Of a DNA stretch of 24,557 nucleotides, positions 17,758 through 24,557 are shown one piece after another. The stretch lies in the NCBI GenBank assembly GCA_003529305.1, contig DPWC01000189.1, positions 1 to 24,557 on the forward strand. The letters run 5' to 3'. The first letter of the stretch is position 1, and each line of letters starts with the position of its first letter. The notes beneath the pieces are model-generated. The model ran no database searches, was not told the origin of the DNA, and saw only the letters and a program-made list of their open reading frames with translations. A program made the position numbers and the translations under genes. This DNA is from Actinomycetota bacterium. Lineage in GTDB: Bacteria; Actinomycetota; Actinomycetes; UBA12327.

Positions 17758-18738
17758 ATGAGCACTAGCGCCAGCCCGCTTCTGAGCCTTCCCGGCGCCG
17801 TCGAGGTCGAGTCAGCACTGAACCCACTCGATGCGGGTCTGGTGTGGCACTTCGGTGATCCGTTCGCTGAACAACGACGGCTCGCCGATGGTGTCGGTTT
17901 TGCCGATGCCTCTAACCGTGGCGTTCTGCGTATCTCGGGAGCAGACCGATTGTCGTGGCTGCAATCTTTGGTCACGCAAGATGTTGACCCCTTGCCACCG
18001 GGGCATGAAGTGGAAGCCTTGCTGCTGTCTGCGCAAGGGCGTGTGGAGCACGCCTTTTTTCTTCGAGACGATGGCGATGTCACTTGGCTGCATTGCGAAG
18101 CCCATGACAAGGAACCGCTGATTGCGTTCTTGGATTCCATGCGCTTTCTGCTTGATGTGCAGGTCAGTGATGTCAGTGATCTCTGGCTGTGCGTGTGGCG
18201 AGCTGAGCAGTACGAGTTGTGTGAGCGGTCCGGATTTGATGCAGCGACGCTGATCGACCGTTGGGGCCCGCCGGCTGGAGTGTGGGCACGCGAGGCGTTG
18301 CGCATCGCCAGTGGGCAGCCTCGGTTGGGCCTGGAAACGGATCACCGCACCATTCCCCACGAGGTGGGGTGGATCGGATCGGCCGTTCATCTGAATAAGG
18401 GGTGTTACCGGGGACAAGAAACCGTGGCGCGCGTGCACAACCTTGGCCACCCGCCCCGTCGCCTGGTGTTGCTGCACCTGGATGGCTCAGCCGACGATGC
18501 GCTTCCCGCTCATGCCACTGCGATCACTATGGACGGCGATGAAGTGGGGTGGATTGGCAGTGCTGAGCAACACTTTGAGCTCGGCCCCATCGCTCTAGGT
18601 GTTGTGCGTCGAACCGTTCCGCTTGAGGCCTCGCTGCTGGTGGGCGCGGTGTCTGCATCACAGGAGGAAGTCGTTGCTGTTGACGCGGGAAACGCCCGCG
18701 CCCGGGAAACGGTGCGTGAGTTCAAGCGCCGGGTCTAG
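17758..18738 (+). CDS. ygfZ: YgfZ/GcvT-like folate-binding protein
   Basis: WHFGDPFAEQR, GADRLSWL, signature KGCYRGQETVARVHNLGHPPRRLVLLHLDGS. Confidence 0.93.
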   Translation: MSTSASPLLSLPGAVEVESALNPLDAGLVWHFGDPFAEQRRLADGVGFADASNRGVLRISGADRLSWLQSLVTQDVDPLPPGHEVEALLLSAQGRVEHAFFLRDDGDVTWLHCEAHDKEPLIAFLDSMRFLLDVQVSDVSDLWLCVWRAEQYELCERSGFDAATLIDRWGPPAGVWAREALRIASGQPRLGLETDHRTIPHEVGWIGSAVHLNKGCYRGQETVARVHNLGHPPRRLVLLHLDGSADDALPAHATAITMDGDEVGWIGSAEQHFELGPIALGVVRRTVPLEASLLVGAVSASQEEVVAVDAGNARARETVREFKRRV

Positions 18739-18760
18739 CACGAGGAGCTGACGAGAACCG

Positions 18761-19711
18761 CTATCCCCTGAGGTTCTCACGGTGGCTCTCGTACCACTGG
18801 TAGGTCGAGGCCAGGCCCTCGTCGAGGGAGATGCGCGCAGACCATCCGGTCTCCTTGATCCGCGAGACATCGAGGAGTTTTCGCGGGGTGCCGTCGGGGC
18901 GTGAGGTGTCCCAGACGATCGAGCCGGTGAATCCAGTGACCGCGGCGATGTTCTTGGCCAACTCTTTGATCGTGACATCGACACCAGTGCCAACATTGAT
19001 GGCCGTGTCGTCGTTGTAGTGCCTCAGCAGGTGCACACAGGCCTCGGCAAGGTCGTCGACATGCAAGAACTCGCGCCTAGGGCTGCCGGTGCCCCAGACA
19101 ACGACCTCGGTGGCGCCGGAGCGCGCAGCCTCATCGAATCGGCGCAGTAATCCCGGCAACACATGGGAATGCTCGGGGTCAAAGTTGTCGCCGGGTCCAT
19201 ACAGGTTGGTGGGCATCGCACTAATCCATGGCAAGCCATATTCGCTGCGCACCGATTGCACCTGCACGATGCCGGCGATCTTGGCCAAGGCATACGCGCG
19301 GTTAGTGGGTTCAAGTGGGCCGGTCAGGAGGGCGTCCTCATTGATGGGTTGCGCAGCGAGTTTGGGGTAGATGCAACTACTCCCGAGAAAGAGGACTCGA
19401 GGAATTCGGTGCTTCAGTGCCGCATCAAGTACTGCGGTCTGGATGCGCAGGTTGTCACTGATGAACTCCACCGGGTGCTCGCTGTTGGCAGCAATGCCGC
19501 CGACTTTGGCAGCCGCCAGCACAACGGCATCCGGCTGGTGCCTCTGGATAAATGCATCCACCGCATCGTGATCGCGCAGGTCCAATTCACCCGAGCGCCG
19601 GCCGATGAGGTTGTCATAACCCGCGGCTGCTAGTGCCCGCCAGATGGCGCTGCCGACGAGTCCGCTGTGCCCGGCCACATAGATCCGGTGCTGCGGCTGT
19701 AACAAGTCCAT
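18761..19711 (-). CDS. fcl: GDP-L-fucose synthase (epimerase/reductase)
   Basis: [81 protein letters not shown]. Confidence 0.97.
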   Translation of the reverse strand: MDLLQPQHRIYVAGHSGLVGSAIWRALAAAGYDNLIGRRSGELDLRDHDAVDAFIQRHQPDAVVLAAAKVGGIAANSEHPVEFISDNLRIQTAVLDAALKHRIPRVLFLGSSCIYPKLAAQPINEDALLTGPLEPTNRAYALAKIAGIVQVQSVRSEYGLPWISAMPTNLYGPGDNFDPEHSHVLPGLLRRFDEAARSGATEVVVWGTGSPRREFLHVDDLAEACVHLLRHYNDDTAINVGTGVDVTIKELAKNIAAVTGFTGSIVWDTSRPDGTPRKLLDVSRIKETGWSARISLDEGLASTYQWYESHRENLRG

Positions 19712-19735
19712 GGCATCAGCCTAGGCTGTGCGCTT
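19712..19735. promoter_or_regulatory. Bidirectional leaderless promoter; palindrome CAGCCTAGGCTG
   Basis: The 24-nt spacer holds a 12-bp palindrome (19717-19728) giving TAGGCT on both strands: N6 to the fcl ATG and N8 to the gmd GTG. Neither side has an SD. Confidence 0.7.
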
Positions 19736-20716
19736 GTGGCCCCCGTAGCGCTCATCACCGGAATCACTGGTCAAGACGGCTCCTATCTGGCAGAGCTGCT
19801 CTTGGGCAAGGGCTATGAGGTGCATGGATTGATTCGCCGCGCATCGACTTTCAATACTCAGAGGATTGATCACCTTTACACCGACCCGCACGAAAGCGGA
19901 CGCCTTCACCTGCACTACGCGGATCTAACCGATGGCTCTCGCCTGACCACTTTGTTGGCACGCATCGAACCCAATGAGGTGTATAACCTCGCCGCGCAGT
20001 CGCATGTGCGAGTGTCCTTTGACGAACCCGAATACACCGGCGATGTCACTGGCATTGGGGCTACTCGGCTGTTGGAAGCTCTACGAATCACCGGAGTTCC
20101 TGCGCGCTACTACCAAGCCTCAAGCAGCGAGATGTTTGGAGCCACTCCACCGCCGCAAAACGAATCGACGCCCTTCTATCCGAGATCGCCCTACGGTGCC
20201 GCCAAGCTCTATGCCTACTGGATGACGCGCAACTATCGCGAGGCCTATGGCCTCTTCGCGGTGAACGGGATCTTGTTCAACCATGAGTCACCGCGTCGTG
20301 GCGAAACTTTCGTCACCCGAAAGATCACGCGTGCTGTCGCCGCGATCAAGGCAGGTCGCCAGAGCGAGGTCTATCTGGGCAATCTGGAGGCGGTTCGCGA
20401 CTGGGGATATGCGCCCGAATATGTCGAGGCGATGTGGTTGATGCTTCAAGCTGATTCGCCTGATGACTTCGTGGTGGCGACTGGAACGGCGTACTCGGTG
20501 CGCGACTTTGTCCAATTCGCCTTTGAACATGCCGGACTCGATTGGCAGGACTTCGTCAAGTACGACGAGCGATATGAACGGCCTACTGAAGTCGATGCCT
20601 TGATCGGTGACCCTTCACACGCGGGCGAGGTTCTGGGCTGGCGGCCCACGGTGCTGACTCCCGAGCTTGCACGCATCATGGTGGACGCGGACACGGCGTT
20701 ACTTCTGGGCGACTAG
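19736..20716 (+). CDS. gmd: GDP-mannose 4,6-dehydratase
   Basis: [80 protein letters not shown]. Confidence 0.98.
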   Translation: MAPVALITGITGQDGSYLAELLLGKGYEVHGLIRRASTFNTQRIDHLYTDPHESGRLHLHYADLTDGSRLTTLLARIEPNEVYNLAAQSHVRVSFDEPEYTGDVTGIGATRLLEALRITGVPARYYQASSSEMFGATPPPQNESTPFYPRSPYGAAKLYAYWMTRNYREAYGLFAVNGILFNHESPRRGETFVTRKITRAVAAIKAGRQSEVYLGNLEAVRDWGYAPEYVEAMWLMLQADSPDDFVVATGTAYSVRDFVQFAFEHAGLDWQDFVKYDERYERPTEVDALIGDPSHAGEVLGWRPTVLTPELARIMVDADTALLLGD

Positions 20717-20728
20717 GCGGCTGTCATC

Positions 20729-21907
20729 GTGGCGGTGTCCGCGTCTCTTCGGCAGGCCGTTCGTTGGTTCTCCGCAATTCCGACGCCGATCGTGCTGGGC
20801 ATTGGTGCGGCGCTGTGTTCATCTCAGCGATTGGCGAACCCGGTTGGACGCGACACTGCACTGACGGCGGTGACTGTCTGGGGCCTGATCATCTTGGCGG
20901 CAGTGATCTATTCGGCAGTCTTTGCTGTTGTGCTACCGGTCCTTGCGAGGCAGTCTGATCGATTGGCACTTGTGGCCGTAGGTGTGATTGTCGTTGCGTT
21001 AGTGGTTGCGTTCATCGTGGTGTATCCGCGCTATGGGCTACCCACTGTTGGTGGCTTTGGTGATCGTGATGATGCGTTGACGATCATGTGGAAAGCGCTA
21101 CTTAGCGGCGACAACCCCTTCGACCAGAAGACTTACCTGGGAGATCAGGTATCGCCTTTGCTCGGTGGCGTCGTGCTCTACGCACCCTTTGTGGCTGTGA
21201 CAGGTTCAGCCGGTTGGGGCGCGCCTGTGCTGCTGGTTCTGGCGACCCTTGCCGCCTGGCGGCTGCTATCGCCTCGCGTGTTGCTGCTGAGCGGGTTCGT
21301 AATCGTCGTGAACATCGGCTTTCTGGAAGACTTCCTTCTGGGTGGCGATGCCTTCATCGTGCCTTTGCTACTGGCCGTTGCCATCGGGCTTCTCTGCGAC
21401 GCCCGATCGCCCCTGATCGTGGCAATCCTTGCTGTCGTGTTGGGGGCCTTAGCGGGCTCGGCGCGCGCCAATGTGGTGCCCGTCGCTGTTGCCGCAGGAC
21501 TCTTCGCTCTCCTGCAACGCCGCGCTACAACGAGACGCCTCGCGCTGCTGGTGATGACACTAGGAAGCCTGACGCTGGTGGGCATCTCCTGGGTGTGGGC
21601 TGGCGGTAGTTCGGCGTGGCCCTTCACGGGCGACCTGACGCCGGCGCTGCGCCACGCCATCTCTGCGCTGCTCGTCGTCGCACTAGTCGGAGCAGGAGTC
21701 CGCTGGCAACGATCAAGAACTTCAACGCCCTGTGTGGACTTGGCGAAGGGAACGGCGCTTCTGGGATTCTCAATCGTTCCGCTAGTCGTTGTGCCGGCTG
21801 CCCTCTTTCGACTCTGGCCCACCGTCGTCCTAGTTCTTCCTCTGCTCCTTCGCCGCTACGCTGACCAAGTCGGGTCGCGTGATCGCTTCGACTCGTTGGT
21901 GAACTGA
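20729..21907 (+). CDS. Polytopic membrane protein, putative GT-C glycosyltransferase (GT87/DUF2029-like motifs)
   Basis: 392 aa, about 10 hydrophobic segments. The first outer loop reads GDRDDAL...LLSGDNPF...LYAPF: an acidic motif followed by G.NP[F/Y]. Confidence 0.55.
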   Translation: MAVSASLRQAVRWFSAIPTPIVLGIGAALCSSQRLANPVGRDTALTAVTVWGLIILAAVIYSAVFAVVLPVLARQSDRLALVAVGVIVVALVVAFIVVYPRYGLPTVGGFGDRDDALTIMWKALLSGDNPFDQKTYLGDQVSPLLGGVVLYAPFVAVTGSAGWGAPVLLVLATLAAWRLLSPRVLLLSGFVIVVNIGFLEDFLLGGDAFIVPLLLAVAIGLLCDARSPLIVAILAVVLGALAGSARANVVPVAVAAGLFALLQRRATTRRLALLVMTLGSLTLVGISWVWAGGSSAWPFTGDLTPALRHAISALLVVALVGAGVRWQRSRTSTPCVDLAKGTALLGFSIVPLVVVPAALFRLWPTVVLVLPLLLRRYADQVGSRDRFDSLVN

Positions 21908-21927
21908 GCATGAAAGCTGGTTGAGGC

Positions 21928-23433
21928 ATGGGTAAGCAGAGCCGCTCGAAGGCCACTGCTCAATCGCGTGCGTCGTCAATGTCGAAACAGGCCTCGGCTC
22001 GTTCAAACAAGGGCCGGCAATCTGCTGGTATGTCGCTGGCTCGTTGGTTGACGATGCCGTCAGCGGCTTTTGCGATGTTCGGAGTGCTGTTCGCGGTTTT
22101 CGCGGTTACGGCTGACTTCAGTGGTACGGAGCGGCCCAATGATGTGCACTGGTCGGTCATCGTTGCATGGAGTTTGGCCAAACTGCATAGTCTCGATCTA
22201 GAGAACTGGCAATTCACCTTACAAGGCCCGCGAACTTGGTTGTTCAATGTGGGCCCACTCAAATCAGGGTTCTGTGAAGCCGGTAATGCTGTTGTACTTC
22301 CAGGCTCGCATTGCCGATCGGATCGATTTCCGGGCTCGATTTTCCTGGCCTACCCTTTTTATCTTGTCTTTGGTCGCTCACAACTATCCATCGTCCCAGG
22401 CACTTTCTCTGCCGTAGTGGGTTCTGCGGCTGGTCTGGCATTCATGTATCGCTCTTTTATCAAGCTGGTTGCCCCAGCCGTGGCAGTTGGCGCAGTGGCT
22501 CTACTCGCTTTCACGACGGGTGTGTGGACTGTGTCTGCCAATCTGCCGTGGACACATGCGGCGGTACTTCTGGGACTGGGCTTCGCGACATGGTCTGTGT
22601 CGCGTGATCGTCCGTTTGGAGCCGGACTGGGATATGGCTTCGCGATTCTGAGTCGACCACAGGCAGCAGTGGTGCCGCTGGTTGTGGGCATTTGGGAATC
22701 AGCTCGCCGCCGTTCCCTTATTCCCGCCTTGAAGATTGGAATTGCTAGCGCCCTGGGAGTGGTGGCTTTACTTGTATATAACCGCCTTAATAGCGGCGAA
22801 TGGGCCCTGTTGACGGGGTCCTACGCCGGCAGAGGTGCAGCAGCCGTTTCACCAATCGTCGATCAGGAATCGTCCTACCTCGGACCATTGCGCCCCCTGT
22901 ATGACATATGGGGCACTTTTTTGAGCCCATCACGCGGCCTCTTCATTTTGTCCCCGTACTTGCTCCTAGTCATTCCCGGCCTGCGTGCGGGTTGGCGGGC
23001 AGCGCCCGATTGGGTTCGGGCGAGTGCGATAGGCGGCCTGTGCTATCTGATTTTGCAGCTATCCGGAAACCGATTCACCGGAGGTTTGGGGTACTTCGGT
23101 TATCGCGTGACCATGGAACCCCTGGTGCTTTGGTCTCCTTTGATGGCGTTGGCGTTCCAACACTGGACGGCGTTGGTCAAGTGGCGGCTCCAGGCTTTCA
23201 GTGTTCTGGCTATCGCTTCTTTGTGGTGGTTTTCTTGGGGCGCGATTTTCTACAAACTGCAACTAGGTAAAGAATTCGACGCTTGGACATATGACTTTGC
23301 AGCGCCTTGGCAGCAAGCTCAAATCGGTCAGTTGGCCATCTCACTGGCCATAGCGTTGGCGATTGCGGCGTCGGTTCGCTGGATCTGGCGGCAGGCAGGT
23401 GCAACTTCACCGCACGAGGTCGTGAGCAGGTGA
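21928..23433 (+). CDS. Polytopic membrane protein, putative GT-C (PMT/ArnT-like) glycosyltransferase
   Basis: 501 aa with a basic N-terminal tail. Motifs PNDV, RFPG..FLAYPFY, WTH, LSRPQ, SPSRGLFILSP and GYR, a pattern seen in uncharacterised GT-C-like proteins. Confidence 0.6.
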   Translation: MGKQSRSKATAQSRASSMSKQASARSNKGRQSAGMSLARWLTMPSAAFAMFGVLFAVFAVTADFSGTERPNDVHWSVIVAWSLAKLHSLDLENWQFTLQGPRTWLFNVGPLKSGFCEAGNAVVLPGSHCRSDRFPGSIFLAYPFYLVFGRSQLSIVPGTFSAVVGSAAGLAFMYRSFIKLVAPAVAVGAVALLAFTTGVWTVSANLPWTHAAVLLGLGFATWSVSRDRPFGAGLGYGFAILSRPQAAVVPLVVGIWESARRRSLIPALKIGIASALGVVALLVYNRLNSGEWALLTGSYAGRGAAAVSPIVDQESSYLGPLRPLYDIWGTFLSPSRGLFILSPYLLLVIPGLRAGWRAAPDWVRASAIGGLCYLILQLSGNRFTGGLGYFGYRVTMEPLVLWSPLMALAFQHWTALVKWRLQAFSVLAIASLWWFSWGAIFYKLQLGKEFDAWTYDFAAPWQQAQIGQLAISLAIALAIAASVRWIWRQAGATSPHEVVSR

Positions 23434-24557
23434 TTCGATTGCTGAGCGGTGCGACAGGGGAGGCGCCGCAACAGCCCGGATCTAAATCGGTGGTGTCCAA
23501 GGCGCTGGTATTCAGTTGTCTGATGCTCGGTCTTGCCACATGGTTCCTTGTTTTTGCCCGACACGGTTTTAATCCGACCGATGATGGCTTCGTTCTCGCG
23601 CAGTCTTGGCGAATTCTGCAAGGCGAGGTCCCTCATGCTGACTTTGTCTCTCCGCGCCCATTGGGCAGTGCCGTTCTCCATGTTCTAGATGTGCTGCCTC
23701 CGTGGCCTACATTGCTGTGGTCGCGTCTTCTCGTCACCCTACAGATGGCCTGGATAACCTTCGCGCTGCTGGATATTGGCGTACCCCGCATTCCGAAAAG
23801 ATTCACATTGGTGGGAGCTTTGTTCCCGCTGGCATTTGTGACCAACTGGAACACATTTCCGCTGATGGCGTGGCATGCCATTGATGGTGTCTTCGTGGGT
23901 GCACTCGGTTTGTGGTTTGTCATCCGTGGCCCTCGTCGGTTCAGTGTTGAGAAATCGGTCATCATTGGCCTGACGATTTGTGGATGTAGTCCGCTGATGA
24001 AGCAGGGTTTCCTCATAATCCCTGCGGTAGGAATTTTGCTGGCCGTAAACCGATTGACTCGTCGCAGATTGCTCATATCTATGACGGCGCTGATTGGTCC
24101 CGCTGTTTTTGCCGTATATCTGCTCGCCGTTGCTGGTTTAAACAGCCTGCTTCAGACCCTTCGGGGAGCACCAGGCCCTACGCCGTTTCCACCAAAAGGA
24201 CAAGGGCTGCTGCCCTTTGTCGCTCCGGCATTGGAGGCGCTGATTTCTCGGCCGGCCGCCTTGCTTTGTGCTGTCGCACTCCTGGCAGCCCTCATGAGCA
24301 GAAGTTCGCAGTTCTGGCTACGGTTCGCTTCAATCGCCCTCGCGACAGTCAGCTTCATCATCCTGATGTGGCAATCCAAATTCGTGTATGACGGCAATTG
24401 GACATATCTCGTCGTTGCCTCGATGTGGATTATCGGCGGACTCGGCCGATCCTTGCGCATGGTGTGGCCAGCCTATGTCGCGATCACAGCGTTGGCGATC
24501 GGAGCAGCGACTAGTTGGGGAGTTCCTTATCCAGCTATCGTCGCTGGGTCAGCTTTG
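23430..24557 (+). CDS. Polytopic membrane protein, putative GT-C glycosyltransferase (partial, runs off the window)
   Basis: Hand translation is open for 376 codons from GTG 23430 (GTGA overlap with the previous stop): MIRLLSG...GFNPTDDGFVLAQSWRILQGEVPHADFVSPRPLGS...WHAIDG...MKQGF. Absent from the ORF track, presumably because it has no stop codon in the window. Confidence 0.7.
   Translation, partial: MIRLLSGATGEAPQQPGSKSVVSKALVFSCLMLGLATWFLVFARHGFNPTDDGFVLAQSWRILQGEVPHADFVSPRPLGSAVLHVLDVLPPWPTLLWSRLLVTLQMAWITFALLDIGVPRIPKRFTLVGALFPLAFVTNWNTFPLMAWHAIDGVFVGALGLWFVIRGPRRFSVEKSVIIGLTICGCSPLMKQGFLIIPAVGILLAVNRLTRRRLLISMTALIGPAVFAVYLLAVAGLNSLLQTLRGAPGPTPFPPKGQGLLPFVAPALEALISRPAALLCAVALLAALMSRSSQFWLRFASIALATVSFIILMWQSKFVYDGNWTYLVVASMWIIGGLGRSLRMVWPAYVAITALAIGAATSWGVPYPAIVAGSAL

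Noticed and set aside
18739-18760. Integration site or att repeat at the ygfZ/fcl boundary
   Set aside because: No direct repeat, tRNA or integrase is visible in the window.

Overview
A high-GC actinobacterial chromosome segment. Most of it is conserved core, in an order resembling the Streptomyces pst-ppk-mshD-glnR-cysA-nur region and the mycobacterial Rv0811c-Rv0820 region, and it ends in a lower-GC accessory glycan locus. Minus strand: purB (5' end only), a peptidase S51-like gene, purD, purA, an orphan copZ preceded by a 15-bp tandem repeat, pstBACS with PHO boxes, and an overlap-coupled glnR-mshD-ppk1-NUDIX chain. Plus strand: a membrane protein, a membrane thioredoxin, then a Cys-containing leader peptide (not in the ORF track) ahead of DUF4395, a sulfurtransferase and DUF1416. 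Next come dsrE (minus), a 32-aa leaderless membrane ORF (not in the ORF track), nitrobindin, nur and ygfZ. At the right end, fcl and gmd sit head-to-head around a 24-bp spacer containing a palindromic double -10 element. They are followed by three tandem polytopic membrane proteins with GT-C glycosyltransferase-like motifs; the third is missing from the ORF track and runs off the window. The fcl/gmd plus triple GT-C module is the best candidate for an undescribed system. No rRNA, tRNA, CRISPR array or transposase was seen. All product calls come from recognising motifs by eye; no database searches were run.
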